DNA of 32,000 nt from Azorhizobium doebereinerae UFLA1-100 (GTDB lineage: Bacteria; Pseudomonadota; Alphaproteobacteria; Rhizobiales; Xanthobacteraceae): assembly GCF_000473085.1 (NCBI RefSeq), contig NZ_AXBA01000011.1, positions 15,886 to 47,885 of the forward strand, read 5' to 3'. This document shows, in pieces, positions 1 to 8,111 of the stretch. The translations under genes and the position numbers were made by a program. The first letter of the stretch is position 1, and every line of letters starts with the position of its first letter. The notes beneath the pieces are model-generated. The model made no database searches and was not told the origin of the DNA. It saw nothing but the letters and a program-made list of their open reading frames with translations.

Positions 1-207
1 ACCATCAAGAACACCTCGGTGGCGTTGACCATCGGGCTAATGGAACTGACCGGGGCGGCGCGTTCCATGCAGGAATTCTCCTTCCACGTGTTCGAGGCCT
101 TCACCGCGGCCACCGTCATCTATCTCGCCCTCAATGCCGTGGTGACCATCGGGATGCGCGCGCTGGAGCGCGCCCTCGCGGTGCCCGGCTTCAACGCGGC
201 GAGGTGA
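1..207 (+). CDS. Amino-acid ABC transporter permease, C-terminal part (gene starts upstream of window; GltJ/HisM-type)
   Basis: Frame 1 is open from base 1 (TIKNTSVALTIGLMELTGAARS...). This is the hydrophobic C-terminal tail typical of polar amino-acid permeases. It is followed 4 nt later by a second permease and then an ATPase. Confidence 0.85.
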   Translation, partial: TIKNTSVALTIGLMELTGAARSMQEFSFHVFEAFTAATVIYLALNAVVTIGMRALERALAVPGFNAAR

Positions 208-211
208 GGCG

Positions 212-904
212 ATGTTCTCCGATTTCGACTTCGGGGTGATCTGGCGCGCGCTGCCCTACCTGTTCAAGGAGGGCATGACCTTCACTCTCACGCTCACCGC
301 CGTGGCGACCGTCGGCGGGGTGATGCTGGGTACGGTCATCGCGCTGCTGCGGCTTTCCTCCCTGCCGGTGCTGCCGAAGCTGGCGGCGGGCTATGTGAAT
401 GTGATGCGTGCCCTGCCGCTGGTGCTGGTGATCTTCCTGTTCTACTTCCTCATGCCCTATGTGGGCCAATGGGCGCTGCGCACCAGCCAGCCAATCCAGG
501 TGGGGGCGCTGTCCTCCACCATCATCACCTTCACCTTGTTCGAGGCGGCCTATTTCGCCGAGATCATGCGGGCGGGCATCCAGTCCATCCCGCACGGGCA
601 GGTGGCGGCGGGCTACGCCATCGGCCTCACCTATCGGCAGGTGATGAGCTATGTGGTGCTGCCGCAGGCCTTCCGGAACATGCTGCCGGTGATCTTCACC
701 CAGACCATCGTGCTGTTCCAGGACACCTCGCTGGTCTACGTGCTCTCCATCACCGATTTCCTCGGCGCCGCCTCCAAGGTCGCCCAGCGCGACGGCCGGC
801 TGACCGAGATGTACCTGTTCGCCGCCGCCGTCTATTTCCTCATCTCCTTTACCGCCTCGATGCTGGTGAAACGGCTCCAGGCCCGCATCAGCATCGTGCG
901 GTGA
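212..904 (+). CDS. Amino-acid ABC transporter permease (GltK/HisM family)
   Basis: 230-aa multi-TM protein with the EAA-loop-like segment LFEAAYFAEIMRAGIQSIPHGQVAAGYAIGL. GAGGTGAGG RBS lies upstream of the ATG at 212. Operon context with the ATPase. Confidence 0.93.
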   Translation: MFSDFDFGVIWRALPYLFKEGMTFTLTLTAVATVGGVMLGTVIALLRLSSLPVLPKLAAGYVNVMRALPLVLVIFLFYFLMPYVGQWALRTSQPIQVGALSSTIITFTLFEAAYFAEIMRAGIQSIPHGQVAAGYAIGLTYRQVMSYVVLPQAFRNMLPVIFTQTIVLFQDTSLVYVLSITDFLGAASKVAQRDGRLTEMYLFAAAVYFLISFTASMLVKRLQARISIVR

Positions 905-923
905 CCAGCCCGGACCGCGACCC

Positions 924-1661
924 ATGGCCATGATCTCCCTGCGCAACGTGAGCAAATGGTACGGCCCGACGTTCCAGGTGCTGAAGGATTGCAGCGTCGA
1001 GGTGAAGAAAGGCGAAGTGGTCGTCGTCTGCGGGCCGTCCGGCTCGGGAAAGTCCACGCTCATCAAGACCATCAATGCGCTGGAGACGATCCAGGGCGGC
1101 GAGATCGTGGTGGACGGCATCGCCGTCAGTGCGCCTAAAACCAATTTGCCCAAGCTCAGGGCGCGGGTGGGCATGGTGTTTCAGCATTTCGAGCTGTTCC
1201 CGCACCTGCGCATCCTGGAGAATCTGTGCCTCGGCCAGGAGAAGGTGCTGGGGCGCTCGCACGAGGCGGCGATGGTCAAGGCGGAGGCGCTGCTCGACCG
1301 GGTCGGGCTCAAGGCCCATGCGCAGAAATATCCCGGCCAGCTCTCCGGCGGCCAGCAGCAGCGTGTGGCCATCGCCCGCGCGCTGGTGATGGACCCCATC
1401 TGCATGCTGTTCGACGAGCCGACCTCGGCGCTGGACCCGGAAATGATCACGGAAGTGCTCGACGTGATGGTGGAACTGGCGAGGGAGGGCATGACCATGA
1501 TGGTGGTGACCCACGAGATGGGCTTTGCCCGCAAGGTGGCGCACCGCGTGGTGTTCATGGACGCGGGCGAGATCGTGGAGGATGCGGCGAAGGAAGACTT
1601 CTTCGCCCGTCCGCGCAGCGAGCGCGCGCGGAGCTTCCTCTCCAAGATCCTGTCGCATTGA
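924..1661 (+). CDS. Amino-acid ABC transporter ATP-binding protein (GlnQ/GltL-like)
   Basis: Walker A GPSGSGKST, ABC signature LSGGQQQRVAIARAL, Walker B MLFDEPTSALD, H-loop VTHEMGFA. An alternative ATG lies 2 codons downstream (930). Confidence 0.95.
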   Translation: MAMISLRNVSKWYGPTFQVLKDCSVEVKKGEVVVVCGPSGSGKSTLIKTINALETIQGGEIVVDGIAVSAPKTNLPKLRARVGMVFQHFELFPHLRILENLCLGQEKVLGRSHEAAMVKAEALLDRVGLKAHAQKYPGQLSGGQQQRVAIARALVMDPICMLFDEPTSALDPEMITEVLDVMVELAREGMTMMVVTHEMGFARKVAHRVVFMDAGEIVEDAAKEDFFARPRSERARSFLSKILSH

Positions 1662-1712
1662 TCCTGTCATGTGCATCCGTCGCCGGCTGCGGCGGGTGGA
1701 GGCAAGGAATCG

Positions 1713-1778
1713 CTCCATCTGATTGACCAGCGCAATCACCATCTGTTCCAGCCGCTGCCCTACCAAATGGCCACCGGA
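1713..1778 (+). pseudogene. Orphan fragment of a type II NADH dehydrogenase (NDH-2) N-terminus
   Basis: Frame 3 reads LHLIDQRNHHLFQPLPYQMATG. This matches the highly conserved NDH-2 segment (V/L)IDRRNHHLFQPLLYQVATG. There is no usable dinucleotide-binding region before it and no continuation after it. Confidence 0.5.
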
Positions 1779-1848
1779 TCGGCGAGGTCGCGCGTCGTTC
1801 CGTCCGGGCGCCGCGATCTCGGGCAGGAAGAGATGTTCGCCTACCGTA

Positions 1849-2022
1849 CGCGTCGGCCTCTGGCGGTTTCTCGAGGCATTCGATCGGCACGAGCGCCGCG
1901 CCACGTTCTATATGTGCGGTCGCGCCGTCGAGCGCCTGCCGCAATCTGCGGCGGAGATCGTTACGCGGAGACACGAGCCGGCCTGTCATGGCTGGCTGTG
2001 GCGCCCGCATGCCGACTTTGTG
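1849..2022 (+). pseudogene. Orphan internal fragment of a PuuE-type polysaccharide deacetylase
   Basis: Frame 1 reads VGLWRFLEAFDRHERRATFYMCGRAVERLPQSAAEIVTRRHEPACHGWLWRPHADF. This is the characteristic central block of PuuE/allantoinase-type deacetylases (~58 of ~300 aa). The flanks are non-homologous Arg/Gly-rich noise, and the reading frame differs from the NDH-2 fragment. Confidence 0.55.
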
Positions 2023-2107
2023 GACCCTCGCGACAAGCCGGAACCCGGCGCCCGTCCAAGATTGCGTGGAGGCCGGTGGCCGTGCGGGACGGCCTCCACG
2101 CATGTCT

Positions 2108-4192
2108 CTATACGGCGCGGATGCGGTTGAGGAAGTTATCGGTCGCCACCCGGAGCTCGCTGGAGGTCCGGGACAACTCGGTGGAGGCACTCAGCACCTG
2201 GGTGGCTGCCGATCCGGTCTCCGCAGCCGTCATGTTCACCTGCGTCATATTCTCGGACGCGTTCCGCGTGCCCTCGGAGGCGCGGGCGATGGAGTTGGCG
2301 ATCTCGTCCGTGGCCGCCGACTGCTGCGTGACCGCCGAGGCGATGGTGGTGGAGATCTCGTTCATCTGCTTGATGGTACTGGCGATGCCGGTGATGGCAG
2401 AAACCGACTCGTCGGTCGCGCGCTGAACGGTCGAGATTTGCGCCTCGATCTCGGCCGTGGCCTTGGAGGTCTGCTCGGCAAGGTTCTTCACTTCCGAGGC
2501 GACGACAGCAAAGCCGCGTCCCGCTTCGCCGGCCCGCGCCGCTTCTATGGTGGCGTTGAGGGCCAACAGGTTGGTCTGTCCGGCGATGTCCGAGATGAGC
2601 CGCAGGATGTCGCCGATGCGGCGGGCGGCTTCCGACATCACCGTGACCTTGGACGCCGCGTCATTGGCCTCCGTCACCGCCACGCCGGCGATGCGCGCGG
2701 ATTCCGTCACGCGCGAGCCGATCTCGGTGACCGAGGCGGACAATTCCTCCGCTGCCGCGGCGACCGCGCCGACCATGTCGCTGGCGACCTGGGAAGCCTG
2801 CGAGGCCTGGCCGGAGCGGCTGGACGTCTGCTCAGCCATGGCGGACATGCCCCGCGCGGATGCCTGCAACTCCTCGGAAGTCGCGGAGACCGAGCCGGCG
2901 ATCTTTCCGACCACACGCTCCAATTCGTCGGCCAATGTGTGGAATGCCGCGCGGCGATCCTCCTCCGCCTGCTCGCGGATGGTGACCTGCTCGCTCTGGA
3001 GGCGCACCATCTCGCGGCTGTTGGCGCGGAGCACGCCGACCGCGCGGCCGATCTCGCCAATCTCGTCGTGGCGTTCGAGACCGGGTATCTCCACGTCGAA
3101 CACGCCCTTGGAGATCTGTTCGATGCCATCGGCCAGCATACGGATCGGCTGTACCACGCGGCGGGTGATGAACAGGGCGAAGCCCAGCACTAGGGCCAGG
3201 ATCGCCAGCACGGCAGCGCCGGCAATGAAGAAGCGCAGCCGCGCGGTCGCGATCACCTGGTCGGACAGCGCATTGGCCGCGGCGAAGGCCGCGTCGCGGG
3301 GCGCCAGAGCCGGCGCGAGCGTGGCCCGGATACGGGCGCGCCAAGCTTCCATGGTAATGCCGGGATCGCTGCCGTCCAATGCGTGCTTGAAGGCATCGCG
3401 GGTCGATTGGCCGAGGCCAACCATGAATTCCGCATTGGCCCGTTCCACCGCCGGCATGATGCCGGGAGCGTCCTGCACTTCGCGCGCGGTGTGCATCAGC
3501 ATGGTCCAGATGGCCGCGATCTGGCCCTCATACAGCAGGAATTGCTCGGTCTCGGCCGGGCCATAGGCTTTCTTGCTGCCCACGAAGTTGGTGATCATGG
3601 TGGAGCGACGCCCGCCGAGATCCCGAAGCGTCAGCGACATGCGCGCCAGCGCGGCGAAGCGGCCGACGGCGGGATATTCGTCAGCCGCCCGCAATTCGAC
3701 AGCATCGGACAGCCGGCTGATGTCGGCGAGAATGGCAATGGAGTCGGCGATGTAGCGGGCGTGGACCTGCGGGTCGCGCTGGTTCTTGGGCTTGGCCACC
3801 TGCTCCTGCGCGGTGGCGCGGGTGGCGTGCGCGGCGGCGAGAATCTTGGCAAAGGCCTTTTCGACCATGACCGCATCGCTGGTGGTGAGCGCCGCCGTGC
3901 TCGCCTGCACAGCGGCGAGGGATTCGTCCACGAGGGCCATGTCCTTGCCGGCACTTTGGATGAGCGGTGCGCCGGCGGCCTCGTCCACCAGCATGATCTG
4001 ATTGAAATCGCCACGCTCGATGGATGCGCGCTCGCTCAAGAAGGCGAGGTTGGCGAATACCTGCATCAGGGCCTTTGCAGTACTGGCATCGTCCCAGCGT
4101 TGCCATTCGCTGGCGGCGAAGAACACACTTCCGGCGACGGCAATCGATCCGATGGCAGAGATGCAGAGAAGGAAAAGCCCTCGAATACGCAT
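2108..4192 (-). CDS. Methyl-accepting chemotaxis protein with a large (~300 aa) helical periplasmic domain
   Basis: TM1 [25 protein letters not shown]2 [23 protein letters not shown], then a HAMP domain. Conserved signalling hairpin [39 protein letters not shown]. Start set at ATG 4192 (GGGGGA RBS 7 nt upstream) rather than the TTG at 4210. Confidence 0.93.
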   Translation of the reverse strand: MRIRGLFLLCISAIGSIAVAGSVFFAASEWQRWDDASTAKALMQVFANLAFLSERASIERGDFNQIMLVDEAAGAPLIQSAGKDMALVDESLAAVQASTAALTTSDAVMVEKAFAKILAAAHATRATAQEQVAKPKNQRDPQVHARYIADSIAILADISRLSDAVELRAADEYPAVGRFAALARMSLTLRDLGGRRSTMITNFVGSKKAYGPAETEQFLLYEGQIAAIWTMLMHTAREVQDAPGIMPAVERANAEFMVGLGQSTRDAFKHALDGSDPGITMEAWRARIRATLAPALAPRDAAFAAANALSDQVIATARLRFFIAGAAVLAILALVLGFALFITRRVVQPIRMLADGIEQISKGVFDVEIPGLERHDEIGEIGRAVGVLRANSREMVRLQSEQVTIREQAEEDRRAAFHTLADELERVVGKIAGSVSATSEELQASARGMSAMAEQTSSRSGQASQASQVASDMVGAVAAAAEELSASVTEIGSRVTESARIAGVAVTEANDAASKVTVMSEAARRIGDILRLISDIAGQTNLLALNATIEAARAGEAGRGFAVVASEVKNLAEQTSKATAEIEAQISTVQRATDESVSAITGIASTIKQMNEISTTIASAVTQQSAATDEIANSIARASEGTRNASENMTQVNMTAAETGSAATQVLSASTELSRTSSELRVATDNFLNRIRAV

Positions 4193-4545
4193 GAAAAATC
4201 CCCCAATCAAAGCTGGAACGTTCCCCGCAAATTTAGGGCCCAGGCTTGCGTCAAGCTGTGCAATGAAGGGGATTGTAATACTCTATCGAGTAGTACATTT
4301 GCATTCCCTTGAGGAATTGTCTGGCTGACAAAGGTGTTCCTCCATCCCAATGGTCATTAATCCAGATCAGGGGAGGGAGGGCGATGCGCTGCCTAATTAT
4401 TGTAAATTGCCCGCCGATGCAGGATCTCAGTCTTTATGTAAGCGCCTGTCTTTCGCTCGCGCGTGAAATATTCATGGCGCTGGGTGCGGGCGCGTACGAA
4501 GACATCTGCGTGGGCGGACTGCGGAAAGCTTCGGATCCCAAATAT

Positions 4546-5919
4546 CTAAACGAGAGAGATGGCTTCTGCTTGTTCGAGAATGCGCCGCACCTCGGTGAGG
4601 GCCGTTTCCAATTGCGCCTCGGTAGTTGGGGCGCCCAGGCAGATGCGCACGCCGAGGCTTGCTGCGTCGAGCGGGCGCAACGCACCAGGCGGCGCCAGCG
4701 TGATGCCGGCCTGCGCAGATTGCGTGATCAGGGATGTGAGCGTGCGCCCGGCGGGCAGCGGCAGCCACACATGAAAGCCGGGTGGGGCGGAGACGGGGGA
4801 AAGCCAGCCGCTCAGCACCCGCCGCACGACCTGGTCGCGCAGCACCGCTTTCTCGCGCTTCAGCATGGCCTGGCGGGCAAGGCCGCCATTTTGGACCAGC
4901 CGCGACACCACTTCCGCCATAATCGGGGAAGCCATCCAGCCCGTGGCGCGCACCGCATTGATACAGCGGTCGCGGAAGGCGTCAGGCACGATCATGGCGC
5001 CGATGCGAAGACCCGGAGCCAGGCACTTTGCGAAGCTCATCGCATAGAAGCTTCGCTCGGGCGCCAGGGCCGAGACGGGGCGCGGCGGGGTCTGGAACAG
5101 GAAGGCGTAGGCGTCGTCCTCCAGCACGTAGGCGTCGCGGCGGCGGATAATCTCGGCGATGGCCAGCCGCCTCTCCGCCGGCATCACCGTGCCGGTGGGC
5201 GTCTGCAGGCTGGGCATGGTGTAGAGCACCCGCGCGCCGGTCTCCGCGAAGGCGGCGTCCAGCGCCTCCGGAACCAGGCCGTGAATGTCCATCGCCACGC
5301 CGTGCAGCCGGTAGCCGGACTGCGCGGACAGGGCGAGCATGCCGGAATAGGTCAGGCTTTCGGTCAGCACCGTGTCGCCGCGGGCGGCGACCATGCCGAT
5401 GGCGATGGATAAAGCGTGCTGGGCGCCGTGGGTGATGAACACCCGGTCCGGATCGGTGGCCATGCCGTGGGCGGCGAGCCAGGATGCCACCGCCGCGCGG
5501 TGGTCGGGCAGACCCTGGTGCGGCAGGTAGCCCAGCAGTCGGTCAATGCCGCCGTCCGCCACCACCTCTGCCAGCGTGGCGGCAATCAGCGCATCCTCGC
5601 CTGTGGCGGGGGGAACGTTGAGGGCGAGGTTGATGCCCTCGCGGCCGGTGGACTCGGTCTTATGGCCATTGAAGCGGCGGCGGAGCACGAAGGTGCCGCG
5701 ACCGACCTCGCCGGAGATCAGCCCGCGCTGCTCTGCTTCCGCATAGGCCTTGGAGATGGTGCCGACGCTGAGCCCCAGCCGCTCGGCCATGTCCCGCTGC
5801 GGCAGCAGGCGCGCGCCCGGCTTCACCTCGCCGGAGGCGATGTCGCTCTCCAACTGCTCCACGATCGCCATGTAGCGTGGGCCGCGGTGGTGCGAAAGCG
5901 CTGGTACCCAGTCGGTCAT
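4546..5919 (-). CDS. MocR-family transcriptional regulator (GntR wHTH fused to a PLP-dependent aminotransferase-like domain)
   Basis: N-terminal wHTH LPQRDMAERLGLSVGTISKAYAEAEQRGLISGEVGRGTFV. C-terminal fold-type-I aminotransferase-like domain with candidate PLP lysine in SFAKCLAPGLRIG. Divergent from operon 1. Confidence 0.93.
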   Translation of the reverse strand: MTDWVPALSHHRGPRYMAIVEQLESDIASGEVKPGARLLPQRDMAERLGLSVGTISKAYAEAEQRGLISGEVGRGTFVLRRRFNGHKTESTGREGINLALNVPPATGEDALIAATLAEVVADGGIDRLLGYLPHQGLPDHRAAVASWLAAHGMATDPDRVFITHGAQHALSIAIGMVAARGDTVLTESLTYSGMLALSAQSGYRLHGVAMDIHGLVPEALDAAFAETGARVLYTMPSLQTPTGTVMPAERRLAIAEIIRRRDAYVLEDDAYAFLFQTPPRPVSALAPERSFYAMSFAKCLAPGLRIGAMIVPDAFRDRCINAVRATGWMASPIMAEVVSRLVQNGGLARQAMLKREKAVLRDQVVRRVLSGWLSPVSAPPGFHVWLPLPAGRTLTSLITQSAQAGITLAPPGALRPLDAASLGVRICLGAPTTEAQLETALTEVRRILEQAEAISLV

Positions 5920-5955
5920 GAATCACCCTGTTCCATTCCCGAATAGTACAATCGT

Positions 5956-5972
5956 GAGATTGATGCAATCTC
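5956..5972. promoter_or_regulatory. Perfect 17-bp palindrome GAGATTG-ATG-CAATCTC in the mocR leader/promoter (candidate operator)
   Basis: Read directly: 7-bp arms with a 3-bp spacer, 37 nt upstream of the mocR ATG. It contains TTGATGCAAT, the exact reverse complement of ATTGCATCAA at 6075-6084. Confidence 0.4.
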
Positions 5973-6028
5973 AGTCAGGCCGGAAGCCTCTCCTGCACGG
6001 CAGACGAGTGCGGGCGCTCGCCGGTCGG

Positions 6029-6084
6029 TGCATTCCCGGCTGCATTGCGTTGCATTGCATCTAGAATGATATGCATTGCATCAA
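6029..6084. promoter_or_regulatory. Array of phased direct repeats TGCATT(G/C)C (candidate MocR binding sites)
   Basis: TGCATTCC at 6029, and TGCATTGC at 6041, 6051 and 6072 (start spacings 12, 10 and 21 bp). ATTGCATC occurs at 6054 and 6075, exactly 21 bp apart. Located in the divergent mocR / operon-1 intergenic region. Confidence 0.4.
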
Positions 6085-6210
6085 TTCATTCATCCGAAAA
6101 TACTCTATTGAAGTATGTCAATGATTGACAATCTGCGTTTTGACCCTTTATCGTCCTATTCAACAGCGCGACACGACGCTGCTTCTGATGTGTGTGGGGA
6201 TGATGGCCGC

Positions 6211-6534
6211 ATGATCTACGAGATCCGCATCTACGAGGCCTCCGAGGGGCGTGCCGACGCGATGCGTCAGCGGTTCATCGCCGAGGTGGTGCCCCGCCTG
6301 CCGGGCCACGGCATCGAGCTTCTCGGCGTGTTCACCGCGCCCGAGGAAGATGGCCGGCTCACCTATCTGACCCGCTTCTCCAGCGAGGACGCCCGCAAGC
6401 AGGCTTGGGCCTCTTTCGGCGCCGATCCCGACTGGAAAGCCGTCAAGGCTGCCAGCGAGGTCAATGGTCCGCTGCTCAAGGCCCAGACCGTCAATGTGCT
6501 GAGCCCGGCGGCCGCCGGCTTGCTGCTGGGCTGA
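6211..6534 (+). CDS. NIPSNAP-family protein (ferredoxin-like alpha+beta barrel)
   Basis: MIYEIRIYEASEGRADAMRQRF...LTYLTRFSSEDARKQAWASFGADPDWKAV is the typical single NIPSNAP domain (~107 aa). Start moved from 6115 to ATG 6211 because the 32 extra residues lie in the AT-rich promoter-like region and have no homology. Confidence 0.8.
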   Translation: MIYEIRIYEASEGRADAMRQRFIAEVVPRLPGHGIELLGVFTAPEEDGRLTYLTRFSSEDARKQAWASFGADPDWKAVKAASEVNGPLLKAQTVNVLSPAAAGLLLG

Positions 6535-6639
6535 CCGGCGGCGCCCGAGGGCGCCTCATGTCTGCGTGGTCGGAAAGCGTGCCCGGTATAGCCGGCGCGC
6601 GAAGGCCGCCCGAAGTCTGCGAACAAGGACGTTTCTTAA

Positions 6640-7515
6640 ATGAAGCCGGCGCCTTTTGACTATGTGCGACCGCAAAACCTTGCGGAGGCTTGCGCCATCC
6701 TCTCCGCCAACGAGGATGCGCGGGTCATCGCCGGAGGGCAGACGCTCGTGCCCATGCTGGCGATGCGGCTCGCCCGCCCCGCCGTGCTGGTGGACGTGCT
6801 GCGGCTGCCTGGTCTGTCCGGTATTCGCGTGGAGGAGGGCGCGCTGGTGATCGGCGCCACCACCCGCCAGGTGGAGGCGGAGCGCTCGCCGGACGTGGTG
6901 CGGCACCTGCCATTGCTGGCGGCAGCGCTTCCCTGGGTCGGCCATCCGCCGACCCGTAATCGCGGCACGGTCGGCGGTTCGCTCGCCAATGCCGATCCTT
7001 CAGCCGAGATTCCTCTTGTGGCGGTCACGCTGGATGCGGAGATCGTCACCGAGGACGAGGGCGGCATGCTGGCCATGTCGCCGGACGATTTCTTCATCGG
7101 CCCCATGCTCACGGCGGTGCCCATGGGTGGCCTCGTCACTCAGGTGCGCTTTCCCATCTGGCAGGGCGGGCGGATCGGTGTCGGCTTTCATGAGGTGAGC
7201 GCCCGCCGCTCCGACTTCGCCTTCGTCTCCGCCGCCGCCCAGGTGGAGGTTGGTGCTGACGGTGCCTGCACTCGTGTGGCGCTGGGCATCGGCGGTGTTG
7301 GCGACCGGCCGGTGAGGCTGGATGTGGGCTCGCTGATAGGCATGCGCATCGACGAGACAGTGCTGGAAGAGGCGGTGGAGGCCGCCGCCGGAGGTCTCGA
7401 TGCCACCTCCGATCTCCATGCGAGCGCCGAATATCGCCGGCGCGTCGCGCGTCTGCTGGGTGCCCGTGCGCTCGCCGACGCATATGCCGAAGCTTTGGCA
7501 AAGGAACACGGCTGA
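6640..7515 (+). CDS. Molybdenum hydroxylase FAD-binding (medium, CoxM/XdhB-like) subunit
   Basis: MKPAPFDYVRPQNLAEACAIL...VIAGGQTLVPMLAMRLARP is the FAD_binding_5/CO_deh_flav_C pattern. 291 aa. The stop overlaps the next start (TGATG). Confidence 0.93.
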   Translation: MKPAPFDYVRPQNLAEACAILSANEDARVIAGGQTLVPMLAMRLARPAVLVDVLRLPGLSGIRVEEGALVIGATTRQVEAERSPDVVRHLPLLAAALPWVGHPPTRNRGTVGGSLANADPSAEIPLVAVTLDAEIVTEDEGGMLAMSPDDFFIGPMLTAVPMGGLVTQVRFPIWQGGRIGVGFHEVSARRSDFAFVSAAAQVEVGADGACTRVALGIGGVGDRPVRLDVGSLIGMRIDETVLEEAVEAAAGGLDATSDLHASAEYRRRVARLLGARALADAYAEALAKEHG

Positions 7516-8111
7516 TGAAGGTCGCACTGCGCATCAACGGAACCTTGCGCGAGGCCGAGGTGGAGCCGCGCAAGACGCTGCTGGACACACTGCGCGAGAA
7601 TTTCCACCTCACCGGCGCCCATGCCGGCTGCGAGCACGGCGTGTGCGGCGCCTGCACCGTGCTGGTGGACGGCGCGCCCATGCGCTCCTGCCTGATGTTC
7701 GCCGTGCAGGCGGATGGCTATGAGATCACCACCATAGAGGGCCTTGCGCCCGCGCCGGGTGAGCTCTCCGTGCTCCAGGATGCCTTCTGCGAGACGCACG
7801 GCCTGCAATGCGGCTTCTGTACTCCCGGCATGATCCTGTCTTCCCACGCGCTCCTGGAGCGTGAGGGGAGCCCGAGCCGCCAGGAGATCGTGGAGGCCAT
7901 TTCGGGGAACATCTGCCGCTGCACCGGCTACGGCCAGATCATCGAGGCGGTGGAATTCGCCGCCGAGCGCCTGCGCAAGGCCAATGCGCCGCGAGGCTCC
8001 GCGCTGCCCCATGTGGGCGCCCCCGGCACCGAGCCGTCCGCGCAGGACGACGCTGCCATCGAGCACGGCATCCTGGAAGCCGCCACCGCCCATGACGGAG
8101 GCCCGAAGTGA
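7515..8111 (+). CDS. Molybdenum hydroxylase (2Fe-2S)-binding small (CoxS-like) subunit with a ~40-aa C-terminal extension
   Basis: Two cluster motifs: CEHGVCGACTV and CGFCTPGM...CRCTGY. Its stop overlaps the GTG start of the large subunit. Confidence 0.93.
   Translation: MKVALRINGTLREAEVEPRKTLLDTLRENFHLTGAHAGCEHGVCGACTVLVDGAPMRSCLMFAVQADGYEITTIEGLAPAPGELSVLQDAFCETHGLQCGFCTPGMILSSHALLEREGSPSRQEIVEAISGNICRCTGYGQIIEAVEFAAERLRKANAPRGSALPHVGAPGTEPSAQDDAAIEHGILEAATAHDGGPK

Noticed and set aside
191-1904. Long minus-strand ORFs (191-1174, 888-1904) opposite the amino-acid ABC genes
   Set aside because: Arg/Gly/His/Pro-rich low-complexity translations with no recognisable motifs. They overlap strongly supported ABC permease and ATPase genes. 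These are typical antisense shadow ORFs of high-GC DNA.
1988-4312. Plus-strand ORFs 1988-3193 (401 aa), 2457-3566 (369 aa) and 3383-4312 (309 aa)
   Set aside because: They are antisense to the MCP gene, whose signalling-domain motif is unambiguous. The translations are Gly/Arg/Asp-rich or Ala/Ser-rich repeats with no domain signatures.
4211-4545. AT-richer 335-bp spacer between the MCP start and the mocR stop, checked for a small gene, mobile-element end or sRNA
   Set aside because: There are only very short ORFs (for example a 22-codon ATG ORF on the minus strand) without RBS or homology. No terminal inverted repeats or direct duplications were seen. It is most simply the MCP promoter/leader plus the mocR 3' region. 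The TTGACG...TAAATT spacing (13 nt) does not fit a sigma70 promoter.
6540-6555. GC-rich inverted repeat GGCGCCC-GA-GGGCGCC just after the NIPSNAP stop, considered as a terminator or attenuator
   Set aside because: The loop is too small for the full stem and there is no downstream T-tract. The next gene follows on the same strand within ~85 nt, so there is not enough evidence for a functional terminator.
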